Virus record (IMG/VR): IMGVR_UViG_3300042400_000593
DNA: 64,000 bases
Strand: one strand, 5' to 3'
Origin: a virus
Lineage: Duplodnaviria; Heunggongvirae; Uroviricota; Caudoviricetes
Shown here piece after piece: positions 56,427-64,000 of the stretch; position 1 is the stretch's first letter, and each line of letters opens with the position of its first letter. A program made the translations under genes and the position numbers. The notes beneath the pieces are model-generated. The model had not been told where the DNA came from. It made no database searches and was given only the letters and a program-made list of their open reading frames with translations.

Positions 56427-59387
56427 TTGGATATGTTTACATTAATAGCAAACGGTAAATTAAATGCTCCTTACGTAGACGATGTATTTTCAACTTATTT
56501 ATATACTGGTACTGGTGCTGCAAACACTATTAATAACGGAATTAATTTATTAACATACTCGGAATCTATTCAATTTAATACACCAACGACAATGAACAAT
56601 TCTACTTCGGCTGTAACACTAAATTCAGTAGCATATAGTGCGAGCCTAAATATATTTGTTGCTGTTGGATATAATGGTGCAAATTATCCAGTGTTTGCAA
56701 CATCAACCGATGGGTCTACTTGGACTACTCCGGCATTAATGAATGGTTCTACTACAATTGCATATTTAAGAGCTGTATCATTTACTTATGGTATATTTAT
56801 TGCTGTTGGTTTTAACAACAGCACTATGCCAGTATATGCAACGTCAGCTAACGGAACTTCGTGGACAACTCCGGCTTCTTGGGGAACCATAGCTGACAAC
56901 GGAGCTGCTAGAGCAATTGCAGTAAATAGCTCTGGTAAGATGGTTGTAGTTGGGTCTAATTCTATGGGAGAACCTGTATTTTCAACATCTGTTAACGGAA
57001 CTTCGTGGACAACAATGGCACGAATGAACGGTTCTACTACGGCAGCAACTATGAGGTCAGTAGCTGTTAATAGTGCTGGTAAATTTGTTGCTGTTGGGTA
57101 TGATAATTCAAGTTATCCAGTTTTTGCAACATCAACCGATGGGTCTACTTGGACTACACCAGCAACAATAAATGGTACAACTACAGTTACATACATGTTT
57201 TCAGTAACATACAGTTCAGTGTTAAATAAATTTGTCGCAGTTGGAAGAAATTCAACAATGCAACCAATGTTTGCAACATCAACTGATGGGTCTACTTGGA
57301 CTACGCCGGCAGTGATGAATAATTATAGTTTATCTGCATCTATGATGTCGGTAATAGTTAATAGTGCTGGTAAATTTGTTGCTGTTGGGTTTAATAATTC
57401 AACTTATCCAGTTTTTGCAACATCAACCGATGGTTCTACGTGGACAACGCCAACTGTGTTTTCTTCTTCTACATTAGCTGTAAGTTCTGCTGTATTAAAA
57501 ACTGGATATAATGATATTGTTGTTGTAGGAGTTACTACTCAATCATATCCTGCAGTAACAATCGGAACTTACCCTTCACTTGGTACGTATTCTGGAGGAT
57601 TAGTTTGGATTAAAGATAGATCACGTGCAACAGCTGGTCATGTATTATATGATACTATAAAAGGTGGTGGTTATTTTTTAACACCATCTGGAAGTCCTAA
57701 TGGGTCAATCGCAAGTACTGCGGCATATAGTTATGGTGCAGGTAGTACAGATATTAGCTTTACGTCATCCGGTTTTAAACTTGGTACTGATACAGCATGG
57801 GCAGTTAATAACTATTACACTAGTGATCAATATGTCTCATGGACATTTCGCAAAGCCGCAAAGTTTTTTGATATAGTAACTTATACAGGGGATGGAACAA
57901 TAAGCAAATTACTCAACCATTCACTTACAGTTGCTCCAGGAATGGTTATTATAAAAAATATAAGTACAACTTCAAATTGGGGCGTATGGCATGCTCAAGG
58001 TCGAGGTGCAGGGTTGGATGGAGCGTTAGCATTAAATTTAATAGATGCTGCAATCATACCATCGTTTAGCGTATCTGAAACTACATTTAGAGTGTACCAA
58101 GGTACATCTAATTTTAAAATGGACGCTAACATTTCTGGGAATACTTACGTCGCCTACTTATTCGCTCACGACACGTCAGCTAATGGGGTCATTCAGTGTG
58201 GGTCGTTTACTACGGGGGTGGCAGGAACTACAACTTCAGTGAATTTAGGATGGGAACCACAATACGTTCTAATAAAAGGCGTCGGCGCGTCAAATTGGTT
58301 AATTATTGACGCGATGCGAGGATGGTCAAACTCTTTAAATGCAGACCAAATGATTCAAGCCAATAGTAGCGGTGCAGAAAATGTAGGGAATGAATACGGT
58401 AATCCGACTGCTGTTGGTTTTGATTTGCCAGTTTCATCTTTTGGTGCTGCTACGACATGGATCTACATGGCAATCCGTCGCCCAAACAAGCCGCCTACAA
58501 CGGGGACGCAGGTGTTTAACGCAGTGTCATGTTCATCATCCGCTCAAGTTGTATTAAGCGGGTTTCCGATTGACACGGCTTTTTGGAAGGCAACTAATAT
58601 TAGCGAACTATTTGCTTTTATGGATAGGTTAAGAGGGAGTAATGTGACACTTGCGTCAAATTCAAGTCAAAGTGAAGCAGATTTAGCTTATTTCACACCG
58701 GCAGGATATTATGGGTTTGACCAAAGCAATGGGTTTAGACGAGGACTTGGTTCTGGGAGTTACATCAATTATTTCTTCAAACGCGCCCCCGGATTCTTTG
58801 ATGTGGTTTGTTATACAGCGACTGCAACTACTGTAAAATCTCATTCACTTGGAGTTCCTCCTGAATTCGTACTAGTTAAAAATAGATCACAAATCTCAAA
58901 TTGGTCTGTTGCTCATTTTGGTTCTGATAAAGCATTATATTTAGAAAGTAATATAGCATCTTACGGTTTAGCATCAGCTACTGGAATATCTACACCAACT
59001 GCATCATCTATAACCTTAGCATATAGTGCAGTCAATAATGTTGGGGATAATTACGTCGCCTACCTATTCGCCACACTCGCTGGTATCAGCAAAGTGGGTT
59101 CTTATACGGGTAATGGAACAAGTCAGAATATTAATTGTGGATTTGCAGCAGGCTCAAGATTTGTCCTAATAAAACGTACAGATTCTACTGGTGACTGGTA
59201 TGTTTGGGACACAGCTCGTGGCATTGTAACAGCAAACGATCCACATCTTTCATTAAATACTACCACAGCCGAAGTAACTACAGACGATTCAATTGATCCA
59301 TATTCTGCAGGATTCACAGTAAACCAAGTAGCAGCAACCAATATTAACGTCACATCAGCAACATATATCTATCTAGCAATATCATAA
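56427..59387 (+). CDS. BNR/Asp-box repeat (beta-propeller) fibre-associated protein (986 aa)
   Basis: Six copies of ..GKFVAVG.NNS.YPVFATSTDGSTWTTP.. with the Asp-box S-x-D-x-G-x-T-W, at a period of about 47 aa; its start overlaps the upstream stop (ATGGATATG). Confidence 0.65.
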   Translation: MDMFTLIANGKLNAPYVDDVFSTYLYTGTGAANTINNGINLLTYSESIQFNTPTTMNNSTSAVTLNSVAYSASLNIFVAVGYNGANYPVFATSTDGSTWTTPALMNGSTTIAYLRAVSFTYGIFIAVGFNNSTMPVYATSANGTSWTTPASWGTIADNGAARAIAVNSSGKMVVVGSNSMGEPVFSTSVNGTSWTTMARMNGSTTAATMRSVAVNSAGKFVAVGYDNSSYPVFATSTDGSTWTTPATINGTTTVTYMFSVTYSSVLNKFVAVGRNSTMQPMFATSTDGSTWTTPAVMNNYSLSASMMSVIVNSAGKFVAVGFNNSTYPVFATSTDGSTWTTPTVFSSSTLAVSSAVLKTGYNDIVVVGVTTQSYPAVTIGTYPSLGTYSGGLVWIKDRSRATAGHVLYDTIKGGGYFLTPSGSPNGSIASTAAYSYGAGSTDISFTSSGFKLGTDTAWAVNNYYTSDQYVSWTFRKAAKFFDIVTYTGDGTISKLLNHSLTVAPGMVIIKNISTTSNWGVWHAQGRGAGLDGALALNLIDAAIIPSFSVSETTFRVYQGTSNFKMDANISGNTYVAYLFAHDTSANGVIQCGSFTTGVAGTTTSVNLGWEPQYVLIKGVGASNWLIIDAMRGWSNSLNADQMIQANSSGAENVGNEYGNPTAVGFDLPVSSFGAATTWIYMAIRRPNKPPTTGTQVFNAVSCSSSAQVVLSGFPIDTAFWKATNISELFAFMDRLRGSNVTLASNSSQSEADLAYFTPAGYYGFDQSNGFRRGLGSGSYINYFFKRAPGFFDVVCYTATATTVKSHSLGVPPEFVLVKNRSQISNWSVAHFGSDKALYLESNIASYGLASATGISTPTASSITLAYSAVNNVGDNYVAYLFATLAGISKVGSYTGNGTSQNINCGFAAGSRFVLIKRTDSTGDWYVWDTARGIVTANDPHLSLNTTTAEVTTDDSIDPYSAGFTVNQVAATNINVTSATYIYLAIS
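56604..57462 (+). repeat. six tandem coding repeats of about 141 nt (propeller blades)
   Basis: Near-identical DNA, for example gcaacatcaaccgatgggtctacttggactac, recurs at about 56697, 57127, 57283 and 57417. Confidence 0.7.
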
Positions 59388-59397
59388 AGGAAATAAA

Positions 59398-59880
59398 ATG
59401 GAAATTATATTCACAAAAACACAACAAGTAGTTTCTGAACAAGAATTTAGAAACATGTATCCAAATACAAGTTTTCCATCGGTGTTAACAGCTGATGTAT
59501 TAGCTGATTACGAAGCAGAGTCAGTTTTTGAAGGAAAACAAGTTAATCCATTACCGCCATATGAATATTCATTTCGTAACGGAGTTGAAAAAATTAATGG
59601 TAAGTATTTTACTAAGTACAGTATAGGACCAATTTTTATAGATACTGATGATAAAACTGCAGACGATCAACAAGCAGAATACAAAGCAACAATAGATGCG
59701 CAATTAGCATCTGGCATTAGAAATACTAGAAATCAATTATTAAAAGATAGTGATTGGACTCAGATTTCGGATGCAACGGTTGATAAAGATGCATGGTTAG
59801 CATATAGATGTCAGTTAAGAGATATCACATTACAAAAAGGGTTCCCATTAACTGTAAAGTGGCCAGCTGAACCAGTTTAA
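59398..59880 (+). CDS. hypothetical protein (160 aa)
   Basis: ORF track; RBS AAGGAA. Confidence 0.45.
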   Translation: MEIIFTKTQQVVSEQEFRNMYPNTSFPSVLTADVLADYEAESVFEGKQVNPLPPYEYSFRNGVEKINGKYFTKYSIGPIFIDTDDKTADDQQAEYKATIDAQLASGIRNTRNQLLKDSDWTQISDATVDKDAWLAYRCQLRDITLQKGFPLTVKWPAEPV

Positions 59881-59908
59881 GTATAACAAAAATTTATAAG
59901 GAATAATA

Positions 59909-60505
59909 ATGGCAAAATCACTTTCAACACTTTTAGGTGCAACACCGGCTTCGTCGATATTAGTATCGTCACTTGCTGCTACTGGGACAAGAGATGCTAC
60001 AACATACTTAGCAGGCGACGGTACATGGAAATCTTTATCGTTTGCTAATATTGCTGTAACAGGTACAAGAGATGCTACAACATACTTAGCAGGTGATGGT
60101 ACTTTAAAATCGACTAAAGAAACATCTTATACAGTTAATGGAACCGGATCCGGAGCAATTTCTTTTAACGTAGATTTATCAGCAATAAATAATAGTACTA
60201 CAATTATTATTAATTTAGCATCCGGCGTTACTGGAGCTACTATTACATTTACTAATTTAACAACCCAAGCAACAAGTGGAACAGTGTTTTCATTTTCGGT
60301 AATTTTATCTCATGTAACTGCATTAACAACTACTGCATCGGTTGTATTTAAACATGGTGCAGCAGTACTACCAAAATGGACTGGAAATATTGTTCCGCCT
60401 AGTACAGTTACTGCAAATGCAATCGACATATGGACATTTTTTACTTATGATGCAGGGACGTCATTAGTAGGTAGTTTATCAATGGCTGATGTTAGAAATG
60501 CATAA
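59909..60505 (+). CDS. hypothetical structural protein with internal duplication (198 aa)
   Basis: ATGTRDATTYLAGDGTWKS / VTGTRDATTYLAGDGTLKS direct repeat. Confidence 0.45.
   Translation: MAKSLSTLLGATPASSILVSSLAATGTRDATTYLAGDGTWKSLSFANIAVTGTRDATTYLAGDGTLKSTKETSYTVNGTGSGAISFNVDLSAINNSTTIIINLASGVTGATITFTNLTTQATSGTVFSFSVILSHVTALTTTASVVFKHGAAVLPKWTGNIVPPSTVTANAIDIWTFFTYDAGTSLVGSLSMADVRNA
59978..60119 (+). repeat. direct duplication of about 48 nt (two copies, about 78 nt apart)
   Basis: acaagagatgctacaacatacttagcagg(c/t)ga(c/t)ggtac occurs twice. Confidence 0.6.
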
Positions 60506-60514
60506 GGACATATA

Positions 60515-61315
60515 ATGTTTAAGAATTTTATTAAAAATTTATTTAAAGAACCGACAAATGTTGCTGATATTAGTCCGGTTACATTTAATTCTCCCGGAAC
60601 ATATAATCCTAGGTATGGAAAAGCAAAAGTAAAGTTTGTTGGTAGAGGCGGTTCTGGAAGTTACTCTCCAGGCTACCTAACTGGTTATTATAATACTTCT
60701 ACTCAAAATGTAAATCAAACTACAAATTATATATCAGATGTTACATTCGTTGGCCACGCTAGTATAATTGCATATACTGCAAATGGTGTAGTTGCATATA
60801 CAGACAGTGTTAATTCAAATCCAGGATCGATTGGAGCTCAAGCTGCTACTGGCGCCACAACAAATTCCGGTAACTGGGGACTGTATTATAGTTGGCCAAA
60901 TGCTACTCCTGCAGCAGCTATAAATACAAGTAGTGTATGGACAATAACGTATACTAATAATGGTAATTCATCAATTGTATTCACACCCGGTTATTCAAAT
61001 TCAAACTTTCCTAATGGTGGAAGGCTTGATCAAACTATTTCTGTTAATGTTGCATCTGCAGTACCACCTATTTCGATAGTACTAGGTGGAAATCCGGGAA
61101 ATTGGAACCCATCTACTTTTGTACCAACTGGGTATCAACCAGAATCGGCATATACCGGGGCGGCTTACACGTTTGACGGTATATCTGTTCCCGGTGGGTA
61201 CGGTGGACAAGCTACTGATATTTCTATGGTTTCATTACCATATCGCGATTTATGGTTGTCAACAACCGTAACTATCCCTAGTGGCGGTTATGCCACTATA
61301 AATTTTTCATTATAA
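60515..61315 (+). CDS. hypothetical Ser/Thr/Asn/Gly-rich structural protein (266 aa)
   Basis: ORF track. Confidence 0.45.
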   Translation: MFKNFIKNLFKEPTNVADISPVTFNSPGTYNPRYGKAKVKFVGRGGSGSYSPGYLTGYYNTSTQNVNQTTNYISDVTFVGHASIIAYTANGVVAYTDSVNSNPGSIGAQAATGATTNSGNWGLYYSWPNATPAAAINTSSVWTITYTNNGNSSIVFTPGYSNSNFPNGGRLDQTISVNVASAVPPISIVLGGNPGNWNPSTFVPTGYQPESAYTGAAYTFDGISVPGGYGGQATDISMVSLPYRDLWLSTTVTIPSGGYATINFSL

Positions 61316-61324
61316 GGAGCTTTT

Positions 61325-61528
61325 ATGATAAAATATATTTTGTTTAATGAAGATAATACAGAAGTTATTAATACAATTTTGTGTGACTACGAGTTAGATA
61401 ACGCTACATTTGATGTAACTAGATTAGTTAAACTTCAATCAACCGAGCACTGGGATCAAACTACATCTACTATAGAAACGTCTATAAGACTAACAACGGC
61501 TGTTGCTACATCTGATACTCCTAGATAA
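61325..61528 (+). CDS. hypothetical small protein (67 aa)
   Basis: ORF track; RBS AAGGAG. Confidence 0.4.
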   Translation: MIKYILFNEDNTEVINTILCDYELDNATFDVTRLVKLQSTEHWDQTTSTIETSIRLTTAVATSDTPR

Positions 61529-61558
61529 TATCCTATGTAAAATAATATTAATAAATAT

Positions 61559-61620
61559 AGTACATGTCTATTAGACATGTACTATGCATGTTTAGGTAAG
61601 CATGCATTACCTACATTTTA
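61559..61620 (+). terminator. pair of palindromes or hairpins at the end of the fibre gene cluster (possible terminator and/or operator)
   Basis: AGTACATGTCTA t TAGACATGTACT (12-bp perfect inverted repeat, 61559-61583), then TAGGTAA gcatgca TTACCTA cattttaag (61593-61620). Confidence 0.4.
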
Positions 61621-61630
61621 AGTAAAAATT

Positions 61631-62230
61631 ATGTTTACAATACCAGATATACACTCAGCACTTGAGCCACTAGTTTGTTGGTCAGGTGCATTTACAGATG
61701 AAGAAATTGAAGAAATTATTAATATTGGTGATAATTTAGAATTCCAGCAAGCTAAAGTTGGAAATAACGGATTAGGAGAGGAAGACTTAAAAGTTAGAAA
61801 TAGTTCAATTTCATGGATTGCTCCTTCTGAACATACACGTTGGCTTTTTAATAAGATGGCAGAAATCGTTGCTAGAGTTAATACAGATAAATTTCAATTT
61901 GATCTATCCTATATTGATTCGTTTCAATACACCACATATGAAGTAGGTGGCTATTACAAATGGCATATTGACGGTGATGCAAAAGATACGTATGGACCAC
62001 AACATCGAAAATTAGGAATATCAGTAGTTCTATCTGAACCAGAAACCGAGTTTACAGGCGGCGAGTTCCAGATCATACCATCGGGTAATCCTGAACAAAT
62101 AAATAGTACAAAAGTTAAAAAAGGAGATATACTAATGTTTCCTGCATTTGTACCGCATCAAGTAACTGAAATTTTATCAGGTAAACGTAAAAGTTTAGTA
62201 TGTTGGGTACTCGGTCCAAAATTTAAATAA
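61631..62230 (+). CDS. 2OG-Fe(II) oxygenase superfamily protein (prolyl-4-hydroxylase-like)
   Basis: HIDGD (HxD) ... FVPHQV (distal His) ... GKRKSL; double-stranded beta-helix spacing; 199 aa. Confidence 0.6.
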   Translation: MFTIPDIHSALEPLVCWSGAFTDEEIEEIINIGDNLEFQQAKVGNNGLGEEDLKVRNSSISWIAPSEHTRWLFNKMAEIVARVNTDKFQFDLSYIDSFQYTTYEVGGYYKWHIDGDAKDTYGPQHRKLGISVVLSEPETEFTGGEFQIIPSGNPEQINSTKVKKGDILMFPAFVPHQVTEILSGKRKSLVCWVLGPKFK

Positions 62231-62245
62231 CACTCAGAAGGGTAT

Positions 62246-62965
62246 ATGCCATTAATTTCTATTTTTAAATCACCAATAATTGAATTCTTAACAACAGCAG
62301 AATTTGCAGACGTATTAATACCTCCTGCACCTGCTAATAAGTTTATTCCAGATTGGTACAAATCTATCCCGTCACATTCTAAATCTAAGAGAGATGTAAC
62401 CGGTGCACTAGCAATGACTGCTAAAAAATGTTTACCAATGTTAGACGCTATGACACACGGTTATATTATCCCGTTAGCAGGAGATGTTCATATTAGAACA
62501 AACGACGATGCGTCATTAATTGATATTACCGAAAATCAGTTTATTAAACAAACAGAAGAACATTCACAAGAGCAAGTAAGTCCTAATTTTCCATTTCCTA
62601 AAAAGCATTTAGTTAAGTTTATTAATCATTTTGTGATTAAAACTCCTCCCGGATATTCATGTTTGTTTGTTTCTCCTATTAATCATTTAGAAACAAGATT
62701 TACAACATTAGGTGCAGTAGTTGATACTGATAAGTATGATAGAGAAATAAATTTTCCTACAGTATGGATGGCTAATAATTATGATGACACTGTGCTAGCC
62801 GGAACTCCTATAATTCAATGTATTCCATTTAAACGTAGTACAACAATTGAAAAATATGAAGTACGACCATATACACCTGCAGAATGGCATAATCGAGAAG
62901 TTACACGATTAAAACAATCAAATCAATTGAGTTATTATGTTAAAAATCTTAGAGTAAAAAAATAA
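62246..62965 (+). CDS. hypothetical protein, tandem paralogue A (239 aa)
   Basis: Shares KCLPMLDAMTHGYIIPLAGDVHI with CPGMHDYYRAGYIIPAWEDFEI of the next ORF. Confidence 0.5.
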   Translation: MPLISIFKSPIIEFLTTAEFADVLIPPAPANKFIPDWYKSIPSHSKSKRDVTGALAMTAKKCLPMLDAMTHGYIIPLAGDVHIRTNDDASLIDITENQFIKQTEEHSQEQVSPNFPFPKKHLVKFINHFVIKTPPGYSCLFVSPINHLETRFTTLGAVVDTDKYDREINFPTVWMANNYDDTVLAGTPIIQCIPFKRSTTIEKYEVRPYTPAEWHNREVTRLKQSNQLSYYVKNLRVKK

Positions 62966-63717
62966 TGCCAATATTATCTAGTATTAAATCAATGATTGTT
63001 GATATAGTAAATCCTCAACCTATGATTAAATTTAAATGCGATGTACCGGGATACGAAATTGGACAACCGGTTTGCCGTGCGATGGACGTAAAACCTGAAT
63101 GGCTAGTTAATCAGATTAAAACTGCTGAAAAAAACAAGACTGTTAAATTTTCAGCATGTCCCGGAATGCATGATTATTATCGAGCTGGGTATATTATTCC
63201 AGCATGGGAAGATTTTGAAATTATAGTTACTAATAAAAAAGCAAATATTATTATCGGAACCGGACACAATGCAGTATCTAAATCATTCGAACAAATGGAC
63301 TACCGAGTAGTTGCAGGAGCTGCAAATATCGATGATGATATTGCGCATCATGCATTAAAGCTACCGTGCCCGTGGAAGGTATTTACTAAACCCGGGTATT
63401 CGGCATTTGTAATGCCTGCATTGTATCATTCTCCTTTTTTAAGAGATTTATTTTTATATCCCGGAATTAACGATTATGACGCGTATCACACTATTAACGT
63501 AATGTTTTCTCCATTAAGAGAAATGCATGTTAAGATATACGCAGGTACTCCAATGTTGCAAGTAATCCCTTATAAACGAGAAACCATTACTGCCGAAGTT
63601 GGGTTAATCACTCAACAAGAAAATGGAATTGCAAATTTTACATACAGAACTAAAGCACCTGGGTTTTATAGAAAATGGCTTTATAAAAAGAAAACTACGG
63701 AAATTAATTACATTTAA
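62965..63717 (+). CDS. hypothetical protein, tandem paralogue B (250 aa)
   Basis: See paralogue A; ATG overlaps the upstream stop. Confidence 0.5.
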   Translation: MPILSSIKSMIVDIVNPQPMIKFKCDVPGYEIGQPVCRAMDVKPEWLVNQIKTAEKNKTVKFSACPGMHDYYRAGYIIPAWEDFEIIVTNKKANIIIGTGHNAVSKSFEQMDYRVVAGAANIDDDIAHHALKLPCPWKVFTKPGYSAFVMPALYHSPFLRDLFLYPGINDYDAYHTINVMFSPLREMHVKIYAGTPMLQVIPYKRETITAEVGLITQQENGIANFTYRTKAPGFYRKWLYKKKTTEINYI

Positions 63718-64000
63718 CCAATCTTTAACAAAATAGTATCTTCATTAATGCGACCGGTCAATTTAGTATCAGTTGCATTAATATCTTCTATAAACTTCCT
63801 TAACATTATTTTATTAGCAGCTTTAAACTCTTTAAGTTTTTCTTCTGGCTTACGTATAGTCTTTTGAATACTCTTATGCTCATCATAACCTAAAATTGCA
63901 GCACCTTTTACAGTTAAAGGTCCTGTCATTTCATCTGCTATAAACTTACCTAATTTTCTATTCTTAGTGTTGTATACCCATAATTCTTTAGCACCTATAA
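63714..64000 (-). CDS. hypothetical protein, 3' part of an ORF whose start probably lies beyond the window end
   Basis: The track ORF 63714-63929 stays open upstream to nt 64000 in my hand translation (IGAKELWVYNTKNRKLGKFIADE-M...). Confidence 0.35.
   Translation of the reverse strand, partial: IGAKELWVYNTKNRKLGKFIADEMTGPLTVKGAAILGYDEHKSIQKTIRKPEEKLKEFKAANKIMLRKFIEDINATDTKLTGRINEDTILLKIG

Noticed and set aside
56604-57462. Regularly spaced near-identical 141-nt repeats (considered as a CRISPR-like array)
   Set aside because: They are in frame inside a long ORF and encode the Asp-box blades of a propeller. There are no unique spacers and no cas genes.

Overview
This 64 kb window is AT-rich (about 35% GC by eye) and almost certainly comes from a large T4-like, myovirus-type dsDNA phage of a Gram-negative host. 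T4 likeness rests on a family-B DNA polymerase with DxE exonuclease, NSLYPS and YGDTDS motifs, a gp44/RFC-like clamp loader, a gp31/GroES-like co-chaperonin, a PhoH homologue, a dCMP deaminase, several free-standing homing-endonuclease genes, and T4-style late promoter boxes (TATAAATA) directly upstream of structural genes. The Gram-negative host is inferred from lipobox lipoproteins, an overlapped i-/o-spanin pair and an AAGGAG-type ribosome-binding site. Genes are tightly packed; nt 1-42.9 kb is almost entirely minus-strand and nt 42.9-63.7 kb entirely plus-strand.

Four blocks can be distinguished:
- (i) nt 1-10.3 kb is a nucleotide/DNA-modification island. It holds GTP cyclohydrolase I (FolE), a QueD/PTPS-like protein, a DpdA/TGT-family DNA transglycosylase translationally coupled to an unknown 175-aa protein, a Gpt-like purine phosphoribosyltransferase and a GT-B glycosyltransferase. 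HNH, GIY-YIG and Vsr-like endonuclease genes are interspersed. This is the signature of a 7-deazaguanine DNA-modification system of unusual composition and is the best candidate for something new.
- (ii) nt 10.3-35 kb holds replication genes (clamp, DNA polymerase, clamp loader), an Ala/Gly-rich 857-aa protein with two peptidoglycan-binding modules, a ClpA-type unfoldase plus type-II DnaJ pair, a ligase-motif/HxGH nucleotidyltransferase fusion, an SPFH (stomatin/prohibitin/flotillin/HflK-C family) lipoprotein with a small membrane partner, and a lysis cassette (GH19 endolysin, overlapped spanins, lipoproteins, a putative holin).
- (iii) nt 35-42.9 kb holds structural genes, a second, canonical QueD and a UV-damage endonuclease (UvdE).
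- (iv) nt 42.9-63.7 kb is a fibre/adhesin supercluster. It contains a roughly 3,100-aa fibre protein, a 1,341-aa protein, a 986-aa protein with six BNR/Asp-box propeller blades, and a 2OG-Fe(II) oxygenase with two tandem paralogues.

No rRNA, tRNA or CRISPR array was seen. All functional calls rest on motifs read by eye from the supplied translations; no database search was run.
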